Shown here in pieces: positions 18,148-27,801 of a DNA stretch of 64,000 nucleotides (position 1 is the stretch's first letter; each line of letters begins with the position of its first letter). A program made the translations under genes and the position numbers. The notes beneath the pieces were generated by a model. The model saw nothing but the letters and a program-made list of their open reading frames with translations, did no database searches and was not told where the DNA came from. Location of the stretch: positions 124,001-188,000 of the IMG/VR virus record IMGVR_UViG_3300034117_001294. One strand, given 5' to 3'.

Positions 18148-18330
18148 GTGTTTATGTGGAATTCATTTCGTAATTGGTACATTTATAATCAAGATCAAAT
18201 TACTTGGTTTATTATTGGATGGCTGACTTTTGCCGGCATTGATAGTATTGCTCGCGGTAACTACATTTGGGCACTTGTTAACTTTGCTCTTGTATACGTT
18301 AACTATAAATTTTCAAAGGTGAGAATGTGA
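18148..18330 (+). CDS. small two-TM membrane protein
   Basis: Two hydrophobic segments. Confidence 0.5.
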   Translation: MFMWNSFRNWYIYNQDQITWFIIGWLTFAGIDSIARGNYIWALVNFALVYVNYKFSKVRM

Positions 18331-18635
18331 TTGACTTTGCAGGTACCTCTAACCCTGTGGAAACACAGTATCAAGTTATTAAAGACATCCTCTATCAAGG
18401 TGTTTGTGAAGTTGAGTTTACTAAAGTAAGTGGCGAGCTTCGAGTCATGAAGTGTACGCTTCATAAAGATTGGATGCCTAGTGAAGCAATTCGCGAACAT
18501 CATCAAACCCGTCTGCTAGATTTAGAAACCGTTCCGGTTTTTGATACAGACAAACAAGAATGGCGTAGTTTCAAAACTATGCGTGTACTAACCGTTAAAT
18601 TAATAGATCATGGAACAGAAACACTGGACACTTAA
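18327..18635 (+). CDS. WYL_2 / Sm-like SH3 domain protein
   Basis: VEFTKVSGELRVMKCTL...VFDTDKQEWRSFK pattern. Confidence 0.65.
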   Translation: MIDFAGTSNPVETQYQVIKDILYQGVCEVEFTKVSGELRVMKCTLHKDWMPSEAIREHHQTRLLDLETVPVFDTDKQEWRSFKTMRVLTVKLIDHGTETLDT

Positions 18636-19080
18636 TATAGAAGAAGATCCCGCAACAGGAGATGCTATCCTAATGTTCCCTCCAGAACTGCTAGAGAAGG
18701 CAGGATGGAAAGAAGGGGACACGATAGAGTGGATTGATCGTAAAGACGGTTCTTGGGAACTTAAAAAGAAAGAACCAACTCAATGGGTGCTAGTTGAATG
18801 TGTTAGCACATTTCGTGAACGCTATATGGTTGAAGTGCCAGTAGGTGTAGACCAGTACGGTAAAGATAAAACTCTATGGGCATTAGATACTGTAACAATG
18901 AACGAAGCTAAAGAATTTAGCCAAGAACATATCGGCGAACAAATTGTGTCTCATCGTGTTGTTACTAAGGAAGAAGCACTGGCGTTGTGCGATAAAGACA
19001 ACGACTATGGTACTTCTTGGGATGAAGATACAAAAATCAAAAACTTTTTTACAACTTGGAAAGAACAAGTAAATGACTGA
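18610..19080 (+). CDS. AbrB/SpoVT-like N-terminal domain protein
   Basis: GDAILMFPPELLEKAGWKEGDTIEW. Confidence 0.55.
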   Translation: MEQKHWTLNIEEDPATGDAILMFPPELLEKAGWKEGDTIEWIDRKDGSWELKKKEPTQWVLVECVSTFRERYMVEVPVGVDQYGKDKTLWALDTVTMNEAKEFSQEHIGEQIVSHRVVTKEEALALCDKDNDYGTSWDEDTKIKNFFTTWKEQVND

Positions 19081-19243
19081 TACTAGCCAGGTTGTTACTC
19101 TAGAGGGAGATCCGGAGCATCCTGGAAAATTAATGATGCCTTTCCCTCCTGATCTATTGGCTCAAATGGGGTGGGACTACGGTGATGTACTAGTTTGGAA
19201 AGATTATAACGACAGTGGTTTTTCACTTTCTAAGAAAGAATAA
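19073..19243 (+). CDS. AbrB/SpoVT-like protein (56 aa)
   Basis: GKLMMPFPPDLLAQMGWDYGDVLVW; below the ORF-track cutoff. Confidence 0.55.
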   Translation: MTDTSQVVTLEGDPEHPGKLMMPFPPDLLAQMGWDYGDVLVWKDYNDSGFSLSKKE

Positions 19244-19244
19244 A

Positions 19245-20261
19245 ATGGGTAAGATTGGGTTTGCATGTAAATGGATTGATAATCCTGCACAAATTGACGG
19301 TATTAAGCCTACAGACGATGCTAAACAATACAACACAGGTTCTACTACTGTGGCATGGCTCAAACGTCAAAGCCAACAGGTAGCAGAAGAAAAACTGTGG
19401 GACCTAATGAAAGGCAACATTGAAGCTGTACGCAAACTAGTAGAAAAAGTAGGCACACTTGATGAATCTCTCCGAATGGTACGTATTAGCAGTGATATAC
19501 TTCCTGTCTATACCCAACCTGATTATAGCTACTTTTGGCGTCTACCAGACGTTCGTGCTTATGCGGAAAAGCACTTCGCCCAAGTGGGTGCTTTGGCTCG
19601 CACTAATAACGTTCGCTTGTCATTTCATCCTGGTCAGTTTACTGTGCTGGCTAGTGAAAATCCCGGCATTGTAGAACGTTCAATTGAGGAGTTTGAATAT
19701 CATGTGGATATGGCCCGCTGGATGGGATTCGGTAAGACCTTCCAAGATCTTAAAATCAATGTTCACATCTCGGGTAAACGCGGCCCCGAAGGCATCATTG
19801 ACGCATTGGGAAAGTTATCCCCAGAAGCAAGAAACTGCATCACAATCGAAAACGACGAAAACTGTTGGGGAATCGACTCAAGTATCGAACTCGCAAAACA
19901 TTGTGCCCTCGTACTTGATATACACCACCACTGGATCCGTACAGGAGACTACATTCAAGCCACCGACGATAGATGTCAGCGTGTGATTGAATCGTGGCGT
20001 GGCGTTCGTCCTGTTATTCATTATTCAGTCAGCCGAGAAGATGTGTTAATAGGGCATTGTCCAATTACGTTACCTGATCATGCATTATTGCTAGAGAACG
20101 GCTACAAAAAACAGAAGATGCGAGCACACAGCAACTTCTATTGGAACAAGTCTGTTAATGATTGGGCATTGACTTTTAGAAAAGACTTTGACATTATGTG
20201 CGAGTCTAAAGCTAAAAACCTAGCTTCTAAAACACTGTACGATTACAGTTTAACCAATTAA
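19245..20261 (+). CDS. uvsE: UV-damage endonuclease
   Basis: GKIGFAC, RISSDILP, RLSFHPGQFTVL, INVH, IENDE, LVLDIHHHW, HYS, AH..., DIMCESKAKNLA. Confidence 0.9.
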   Translation: MGKIGFACKWIDNPAQIDGIKPTDDAKQYNTGSTTVAWLKRQSQQVAEEKLWDLMKGNIEAVRKLVEKVGTLDESLRMVRISSDILPVYTQPDYSYFWRLPDVRAYAEKHFAQVGALARTNNVRLSFHPGQFTVLASENPGIVERSIEEFEYHVDMARWMGFGKTFQDLKINVHISGKRGPEGIIDALGKLSPEARNCITIENDENCWGIDSSIELAKHCALVLDIHHHWIRTGDYIQATDDRCQRVIESWRGVRPVIHYSVSREDVLIGHCPITLPDHALLLENGYKKQKMRAHSNFYWNKSVNDWALTFRKDFDIMCESKAKNLASKTLYDYSLTN

Positions 20262-20286
20262 AAAAGGGCTCTCGGAGCCCTTTTTT
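20260..20286. terminator. bidirectional intrinsic terminator
   Basis: AAAAAAGGGCTC-TCG-GAGCCCTTTTTT between convergent genes. Confidence 0.85.
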
Positions 20287-20629
20287 ATTTTACCTTCTTT
20301 GCTTTAATTACTGCTACCTTTTTTGGTGCAGTTTTTTCTGCTTTAGGCTTTGTGGCTTTTGCCGGAGTTGCAACCACAGCTTTAGGAGCACGTGGTTTAC
20401 GCGGCGTCTTAGCAGTTACCGGAGTAGTAGCGGTTGCAAAATCCATTGGTTCTAAATCTAATGCGACTGAAACCGGATCAACCTTAGCTTCTACTACTGG
20501 TTGCACTTCCTCAACTACCGGTTGTAGTACCACATCATTTGCATGTACAGGCTTTGTTTCTTCAACCTTGGGTGCTGCCGGTGTTTCAACTGGCTTGCCT
20601 AGGAAGAATTCTTTAATTGTTTTAAACAT
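20285..20629 (-). CDS. Ala/Lys/Pro-rich low-complexity protein
   Basis: AAGGAG RBS and TAAATA upstream on the minus strand; H1-like basic tail. Confidence 0.65.
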   Translation of the reverse strand: MFKTIKEFFLGKPVETPAAPKVEETKPVHANDVVLQPVVEEVQPVVEAKVDPVSVALDLEPMDFATATTPVTAKTPRKPRAPKAVVATPAKATKPKAEKTAPKKVAVIKAKKVK

Positions 20630-20790
20630 CGATATCTCCTTAAAAGTATTAACTCGATACTTTATTTACTATTACAGGAATTTCATTTAACACCCTTTGA
20701 GTAACTTAAAATAAATACTTGTAGAATACTACCTGCTGTTATTTTGACAGAATTTTACCAGAATAAATATGGTGTAGTACAGAGGAAATT

Positions 20791-23700
20791 ATGCCACTAA
20801 ATCAACAGATTATCAATATCGGTAGCGAACCAAACGATGGAACAGGCGACAGCGTCTATGCAGCTTTTCAGAAAGTTAACTCTAACTTTACAGACATCTA
20901 TACATTGTTAGGTTTTGGTGCTGGATTCAGCTTTTTAAGACTAAAGGAAGCTCCTAGCACATTAAGACCCAATGCTATTTTACAAGTTAACGCAGAAGGT
21001 AATAAATTTCTTAATAAAATTTTAGTAGCTGGCACAGGTATTAACATTGACTTTGTTACAAGTTCAACTGAAATCAGGATCGTTAATACTGCATCTAGCC
21101 TATCAAGTGATAAGAATCCAACACTAGCAGCAGACATCAGCGGTGAGAATGCATTTAGTATCATTAACATGGATAACACAGGTCCACATGCAGATTGGGA
21201 TGCAGTTAGTCGTAAGTGGGTTTATGAGAACTTTGTTAACCGTGACGGTATTACTAGATATGATAACACTAGTGTAAGTGAGAGCATATATGACGGAATG
21301 AGTACGATTCGGGATAATGTTGAATTATTAGTAAGTCCTACAAGTTCTACTCACATTGTTAACAAAGGATATGTTGACGAACTTGTTGACAACAGTGGTT
21401 TTGCAAGTCGCCAAAACTTCTTTGTTAGTTTAAGTGGTGACGATCATCAGTATTCTTTACCTAGCTATAAACGTGGGCGGGCCTTTGCCTATGCATTTAA
21501 AACTGTTAATCGTGCCGCAGAAGCAGCAGAACAATTTATTGCAGCAAGTCAAATTGTACTAGGACCGTACCAAAAAACTGTTTCGATGAGTAACGGCACA
21601 GCAAATCCTGTTGTTACTAACATAACCACTAGTACATTGCTAGACACTAGCTCTTTTGGTATCCGCTTAAGATTAACACTAGATCCAGCTAGTTTTAATA
21701 TTGGATCAGATCCCTTTATTAATAAAAGTATTTTCCCAGGAAACTACATCATTGGTGCAAGCAGTGAAGCAGTAGGTCTAGTTGAAGCTATTACACTCGA
21801 TGACGTGAATGGCTATGAATACTATGATATTACTCCAGTTGATTACGCTAAACCATATCGTATGGCAGTTGAACCAGAGCCGTTCAGCTATAATGCGTAT
21901 GTAACCAGTGGTGGTGAAATTACCGAAGTAGCGTTCTTATTAGACGTAGCAGACAGCATTGACATTCCAGATTTTTGGATTGGTTACAAATTTGTCATCA
22001 CTAATTCTAGTTACGGTGTCATAAGCTATGGATATATTTCTCGAATTATTCAAGAACTAGACGACGATCAAAACGTTAGAGACACTATTGTTGTTGAGTT
22101 TAGAGATGGTCTCGGATTACAAAATGGCGATGTTGTTGACTATGATAAGTGGCACGTCTATGCTGCCGACTTTGAATTAAACGAAGAGCTACAATGGGGC
22201 CAAAAACAGAACAAGAATCAATCTACTATTATGGTAGAGTCGGGTGAGCATAACGATCAATACCCAATTAAGGTTCCGGAAAACTGTTCTATCCGTGGTG
22301 ATGAATTCCGCCGAAGTGTTATTAAACCTGCACCTTTAGAAGGTACAAGACTTCCAGGTATTAGTAGTTCTAAATGGGCTAATACATACTTCTTTAGAGA
22401 TGCCCAAATTGACGGTATTATTGTAACACAATTAAACACTGCAACTGATTATGCAAGTGCAGCAGGTATTACTATCAGCTCAACTGATAATGACTCAGTT
22501 ACACAAACTGTTACTGTTACTGTAGATGCAGGAGTTGTTAGCACCAATTGGATTGGAAAGATTTTCAAAACTACCGGTGCAGTTTCTGCACAAGGTGAAG
22601 TTCGAGCCGTAAGTAGCAATACTTTTGCAGTTTCTCTAGCACAGAACGAAGTTAATTTTGAAAAGAGTGCTTACAATTATACAGTAGGCAATACTATTGC
22701 TTACGGTGCATGGCATATATATGAACCGTTCAAATACGGATATCATTACCTAAGAGATGCTAGTCGTCCAGTTAACACATTAACTACTCAGACTAACAGT
22801 GGTGGTTATAATAATGCCGGTTCTATTCTACTAGACAACCGAGAATTTATCAAAGCAGAATGTATTGGCTTCCTAAATGCTACATACCCTAGTTTTGTAT
22901 TTGATGAAGATAAATGTGCAAGAGACATCGGTATTATTGTTGATTCAATTGCATACGATTTAACTAACGGTGGAAATAATAGAACTATTAATGCAGGCGA
23001 TAGCTATCGAAATGTTGCAGTAGTTAAAGGATCCCAACTAGCAGAGACTGTTGCGGCTATTAACTATATTAACACTATTGGTCAACGAATTATTAAGAAT
23101 CAACAACCTGTTACTTCTTATCAAGCGGTCGAAGATCAAGTGTTCACTGACCCAGTTGGTGGTACACTAGTTAGTAGTGGGTCTGATTTAATCTTAGCAG
23201 ACTTAGTGCAGGCCTGCTCACGCATTGTCAACAACGATCCTGATTTTAATCCTCCCAAGTATAACGATCAAATGGATGTGTTCTTGATGAACGATGCAAC
23301 AATTAATCGATATATTAGTTGTCAAGGACACGGCGGCTTCATGAAAGTACTTGACCCAGACGGTCAAATTCTTGCCAAGTCCCCATATACTCAAACTGCT
23401 TCTAGCTTCTCTAAGAGCAAGAACAGGCACGTATTTGCAGGTGGTATGTTTATTGACGGATTCTCCGGCAATACTAAGATGACTCCTGCTAGCATTACTA
23501 CTGCATCAGGAACAGGCTATCCAGTAAGAATTAATTCAGCATTGACTACTGGCAGCATTGGACGTCCGAGTGTTGTGCCTGGTGAAGGATATATTCGTCC
23601 CCAAGTGCCTTGCTTCTTTGTTCATAGCGGTGTTACATACGAAGTCAGCTTTGTTAGTAACTTTAATCCAACAAACGGTACAGGTAGTTTAAACTTAAAT

Positions 23701-26700
23701 CCGTTACGTCCAGGTGGTATTGCCACTATTACTAATGCAGGAAACATTGCTACAGGATTTAAAGCTAACGCAGGAACAGTACCTGTAAGATTCAGTGCTC
23801 CGACACAGGCAGGTGGTCTAAATGCAACAGGTACTGCGGTGATTGGAGTTTCGGGTAATGTATCTAGTGTTTCTGTATCCTTCCCAGGATCAGGGTATAC
23901 AAACGGATTATTCACGTTCGGAACTACTCAAGGTTGCCCAAATATTGTTATTGGTGGTGCTCGAATTAGTTGGACTAGAAATAGTTCAGGTGCAATTACT
24001 GGTTACGAAATTATCGACGGTGGTGTTGGATACGCAGTTGGCACAGTTATTAATTTCCCAAGTTCCGGTGGTACAAGTGCTGCCGCAACAGTGGCCAGTG
24101 TAGACGGCAATGGTACAATTACTGCAATTACTATTGGAACAGCAGGCAGCGGCTATAATTCAGATCCGGCAGTAACATTTGGTACTGGGTTAGCATATGT
24201 GGCCACAGTTAAACCTGGATTCATTGTTACCGCAGCACATCCTTTACCAAGCGAGATCACATTAATCACAGCTGGTAATAGAAGTATGTTGGCTAACGAC
24301 TTCACACAGATCAACGACTTAGGCTACGGTATTTTTGCAACTAACGGCGGTTTAGTAGAAAACGTTTCCATGTTTACTTACTACTGCTATAGTGCGTACT
24401 ATTCTTTAAATGGTGCTCAATGTCGTAGTATTGCTGGTTCTACTTCCTACGGTCTAAATGGTCTTAAGTCAGAGGGGAGCGATCCAACAGAGGTTCCAAT
24501 TGCAGTTAGAAACAAACGTTCTACTAGCCAGATTGCCACAATTACCGCAGCAGGCACATACACAAACAAAGCTGAAGATGCAACCTTGTATGTAACTGGG
24601 TTGTCTTATGCACCTATTGCACAAAGTCAACTTGAAGTTAACCATAGTGGAACTGTTGTCCTTTATAATGTCAAGAGTGCAGTACAAGATACATTTGATA
24701 GTACCGTGTATTCTCTATCATTAGATGACGGGCAAGGACAGGGACTAAGGGCAGCTATTGCAAACGGTGAGAAAGCCACGTTACGCATATACTACAATCA
24801 AGAATTATTAGATGTAAATGCAGCAACATTAAGCCGTCCTAGTACTGTATTGACTTTAGACGAAGATCCAACATACGTATATCGTGTATTAAAATATTCA
24901 GACCTTGGCGGAGATACTGCACTTGCAGAAAGTGATACTCCTTACAACTATATTAACCTAACTCCGTGGACTGAGAGTAACGGTTTATACAGACAAGGCT
25001 TAGGCAAATTAACAATTACCAGCGGCGGTGCTGGATTTGGTTCGACTACCACAAACTATACTGCAACAATTCCTGCACCAAGTACCGCAGGAACTGCATC
25101 AGTTAATGGCACTGCAACAGATACTGATTTAATTACTATCAGTGGTGCAAGCGGCACTATAATGATAGGTAGTCGTGTAACTTTAACATCTGGTGGTGCT
25201 GATCCTAACGGTGCTGCAACTTATGTAACTTGGGTTAATTCTAGTTCTACACAGATTAGAGTTGACCGAACATGGACATGGCCTAACAGTACTGGCCTAA
25301 CATTCTCCGGAACACAGGCAGTTGGTTACGGCAAGGCTAACAGCAGTGGACAAATTTTTAAAGTTATTTTAACTAATCAGGGTGCAGGCTACGCCGGAAC
25401 CAGTGTTAGTAATATCACGATTACTGGAGGATCTGCCACAGCTACTGTAACAGCTTACCCAGATGGCGAAACTGGTAATAACAGGATCAAAGTTGTAGAC
25501 CTTGACGCAGATGATCAGGCAAGGATAGGTGCGGGATTAACTGCAAGTACTCCTTACTATTATATATTTGGTCATGCAGGTAATTTGTATAAAATTACAG
25601 ATTATATTAACAGCGACGAAACTTATAATGAATGGGGAGAAATTGTTGTTGAGAGAGTTAGTGATGGTGCTACATTACAACATCAAGTTTTGGCTACAGC
25701 ATTAAAAGCAGGTATTACATCTAATCAACCGGGTGATATTACTGTACGTATTTCTACAATGCGTGTTACCGGACACGACATGTTGAACGTAGGTACAGGA
25801 GGCTATGCTGACAGTAAGTATCCAAACGATTTATACGGCCCTCCAAGCAATCCTCCAGACTCGGCATTAGAAACTCAAGAGGTAGGAAAAGGTCGTGTAT
25901 ACTATGCCACTACTGACCAAGACGGTAACTTTAAAGTTGGTAAGTTCTTCAGCGTAGACCAAGGTCGCGGTACTGTGAGTATCAGTGCTCCGATTAGTTT
26001 AACTAACGTTGATGGCATTAGCTTTAAACGTGGGCAGACTCTTGTACAGGTGTTTAGCGTAGACGGTACGTTAGGCGGCAACAGTAATAACAGCGTTCCA
26101 ACTGAACGTGCTATACAAACATATGTTAATAGTAGATTAGGCCTAAACAGAAACAATACTACCGCAGGTGTCAGTCCAATCGGTAATGGATTCTTAGATC
26201 GTGGCGGCGTTTTAGAAATGCTCGATACTATCAAGATGGGCGACAACCGTATTGTTAATATGGCCGATCCAGCAGCTGATAAAGATGCTGTTAACAGACA
26301 ATGGGCTAACCTAAACTATATCAATACCAGTGGCGACACTATGGTAGGTACGTTAGTTACTCAAAAGTTAGAACCTAGTGCTAACTTAACATACGACATT
26401 GGTGAAAATGGCAAGCGATACGTTAATGTCTATGCGAACAGATTCCAAGGTACTGCAACTACTGCACAGAGCTTAGATGCTGCGGTAACTATTCAACTTA
26501 GCGGTGATGTTACTGGTAGTGCTAGTTTCTCTGGTGCAGGTGGTATCAACATTGTGACTACTATATCAAACAATAGTGTTGCATTAGGTACTGATACAAC
26601 TGGAGATTATGTATCTACTGGTGCAACTAGCGGATATGGTCTAAGCGGTAGCACAACAGGAGAAACTCAAACATTCACCGTTACTTCAAACGGTACAAGT

Positions 26701-27276
26701 TCTAATAGTGCAAGTACACTGGTCTTTAGAGACGGTAGTGGCAATTTTAGTGCAGGGACCGTTACTGCAACATTTAGCGGTAACATAACCGGTACTCCGA
26801 CTGTTCCGAGCATCACAAAGAGCGGCACTAACGGAACTGGCGACATTGGTCAAAGTGATAACTTGTTTGGAACAGTTTATGGCACTGCTTACTATGCAAA
26901 ATACGGTGACTTGGCAGAAAAATATTTGCCAGATGCACATTATGAGCCAGGTACTGTTGTAGTATTTGGCGGTGCAAAAGAAGTTACTGCTGCGGTAGAA
27001 TTCATGGACCGCAGGATCGCCGGCGTGGTTGCAACTAATCCGGCGTTCAAAATGAATGCCGAACTAGAAGGTGGCGTCTTTATTGCACTTACTGGTCGTG
27101 TTCCATGTAAAGTTGTAGGTAAAGTACGCAAAGGCGATATGTTAATTTCTAGTGGTGCTCCGGGTGTTGCAACTGCTGAAAAGAATCCTGCAATGGGTTC
27201 AGTAATTGGCAAAGCATTAGAAGATTATGATAGTCAAACAATTGGCGTCATTGAAGTTGTAGTAGGGAGAATTTAA
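20791..27276 (+). CDS. giant tail-fibre/baseplate protein with C-terminal intramolecular chaperone
   Basis: N-terminal INIGSEPNDGTGD (T4 gp9/gp10-like), beta-helix-like IRGDEFRRS segment, KCARDIG..VD repeat, GSGY repeats, C-terminal YGDLAEKY...GRVPCKV. Confidence 0.75.
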   Translation: MPLNQQIINIGSEPNDGTGDSVYAAFQKVNSNFTDIYTLLGFGAGFSFLRLKEAPSTLRPNAILQVNAEGNKFLNKILVAGTGINIDFVTSSTEIRIVNTASSLSSDKNPTLAADISGENAFSIINMDNTGPHADWDAVSRKWVYENFVNRDGITRYDNTSVSESIYDGMSTIRDNVELLVSPTSSTHIVNKGYVDELVDNSGFASRQNFFVSLSGDDHQYSLPSYKRGRAFAYAFKTVNRAAEAAEQFIAASQIVLGPYQKTVSMSNGTANPVVTNITTSTLLDTSSFGIRLRLTLDPASFNIGSDPFINKSIFPGNYIIGASSEAVGLVEAITLDDVNGYEYYDITPVDYAKPYRMAVEPEPFSYNAYVTSGGEITEVAFLLDVADSIDIPDFWIGYKFVITNSSYGVISYGYISRIIQELDDDQNVRDTIVVEFRDGLGLQNGDVVDYDKWHVYAADFELNEELQWGQKQNKNQSTIMVESGEHNDQYPIKVPENCSIRGDEFRRSVIKPAPLEGTRLPGISSSKWANTYFFRDAQIDGIIVTQLNTATDYASAAGITISSTDNDSVTQTVTVTVDAGVVSTNWIGKIFKTTGAVSAQGEVRAVSSNTFAVSLAQNEVNFEKSAYNYTVGNTIAYGAWHIYEPFKYGYHYLRDASRPVNTLTTQTNSGGYNNAGSILLDNREFIKAECIGFLNATYPSFVFDEDKCARDIGIIVDSIAYDLTNGGNNRTINAGDSYRNVAVVKGSQLAETVAAINYINTIGQRIIKNQQPVTSYQAVEDQVFTDPVGGTLVSSGSDLILADLVQACSRIVNNDPDFNPPKYNDQMDVFLMNDATINRYISCQGHGGFMKVLDPDGQILAKSPYTQTASSFSKSKNRHVFAGGMFIDGFSGNTKMTPASITTASGTGYPVRINSALTTGSIGRPSVVPGEGYIRPQVPCFFVHSGVTYEVSFVSNFNPTNGTGSLNLNPLRPGGIATITNAGNIATGFKANAGTVPVRFSAPTQAGGLNATGTAVIGVSGNVSSVSVSFPGSGYTNGLFTFGTTQGCPNIVIGGARISWTRNSSGAITGYEIIDGGVGYAVGTVINFPSSGGTSAAATVASVDGNGTITAITIGTAGSGYNSDPAVTFGTGLAYVATVKPGFIVTAAHPLPSEITLITAGNRSMLANDFTQINDLGYGIFATNGGLVENVSMFTYYCYSAYYSLNGAQCRSIAGSTSYGLNGLKSEGSDPTEVPIAVRNKRSTSQIATITAAGTYTNKAEDATLYVTGLSYAPIAQSQLEVNHSGTVVLYNVKSAVQDTFDSTVYSLSLDDGQGQGLRAAIANGEKATLRIYYNQELLDVNAATLSRPSTVLTLDEDPTYVYRVLKYSDLGGDTALAESDTPYNYINLTPWTESNGLYRQGLGKLTITSGGAGFGSTTTNYTATIPAPSTAGTASVNGTATDTDLITISGASGTIMIGSRVTLTSGGADPNGAATYVTWVNSSSTQIRVDRTWTWPNSTGLTFSGTQAVGYGKANSSGQIFKVILTNQGAGYAGTSVSNITITGGSATATVTAYPDGETGNNRIKVVDLDADDQARIGAGLTASTPYYYIFGHAGNLYKITDYINSDETYNEWGEIVVERVSDGATLQHQVLATALKAGITSNQPGDITVRISTMRVTGHDMLNVGTGGYADSKYPNDLYGPPSNPPDSALETQEVGKGRVYYATTDQDGNFKVGKFFSVDQGRGTVSISAPISLTNVDGISFKRGQTLVQVFSVDGTLGGNSNNSVPTERAIQTYVNSRLGLNRNNTTAGVSPIGNGFLDRGGVLEMLDTIKMGDNRIVNMADPAADKDAVNRQWANLNYINTSGDTMVGTLVTQKLEPSANLTYDIGENGKRYVNVYANRFQGTATTAQSLDAAVTIQLSGDVTGSASFSGAGGINIVTTISNNSVALGTDTTGDYVSTGATSGYGLSGSTTGETQTFTVTSNGTSSNSASTLVFRDGSGNFSAGTVTATFSGNITGTPTVPSITKSGTNGTGDIGQSDNLFGTVYGTAYYAKYGDLAEKYLPDAHYEPGTVVVFGGAKEVTAAVEFMDRRIAGVVATNPAFKMNAELEGGVFIALTGRVPCKVVGKVRKGDMLISSGAPGVATAEKNPAMGSVIGKALEDYDSQTIGVIEVVVGRI

Positions 27277-27800
27277 TGGCATTACAATACATCAACACTG
27301 GAACAAGTGCAAACAAAGGAGACGGTGATAGTCTCCGAGTAGCATTCCACAAAATTAATCAAAACTTTTCACAAGTTCAAAGTTCCAGTACGTCATCTGT
27401 TGTTATCAGCGATAGTGGTGAAGTGCCTGCAATTGAACTACAATCATTTGGTGGCACATTTACCTTACCGGGCGACAACTCTACGGCTGTGCAACTTTTT
27501 GAATTTGATAAAAGAATATATAGAGGTGCTAGCATAGATATTCTAGCAGAGAACCAAACTACTGATACACAGGATTCCGGAAGTAGCTATATGGTAACCT
27601 GGAATAGCACTACCAGTCATGTGTTAGGTACAGGAATTGTGAGCTTATTTGAAAACGGTAGCACCAATAATGCCAACTGGGACATTGTAGATACATCAAT
27701 CTATGACAATCGAGTGAGAGTACAGGCCTATAATGTTTCCGGACTAACTGCTACTAATGTAATTTCTTGGCGTGCTCAAGTAAGTTTGTTTAGGTTATAA
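27276..27800 (+). CDS. baseplate/fibre-connector protein
   Basis: INTGTSANKGDGDSLRVAFHKINQNF (gp9/gp10-like N-terminus). Confidence 0.6.
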   Translation: MALQYINTGTSANKGDGDSLRVAFHKINQNFSQVQSSSTSSVVISDSGEVPAIELQSFGGTFTLPGDNSTAVQLFEFDKRIYRGASIDILAENQTTDTQDSGSSYMVTWNSTTSHVLGTGIVSLFENGSTNNANWDIVDTSIYDNRVRVQAYNVSGLTATNVISWRAQVSLFRL

Positions 27801-27801
27801 T

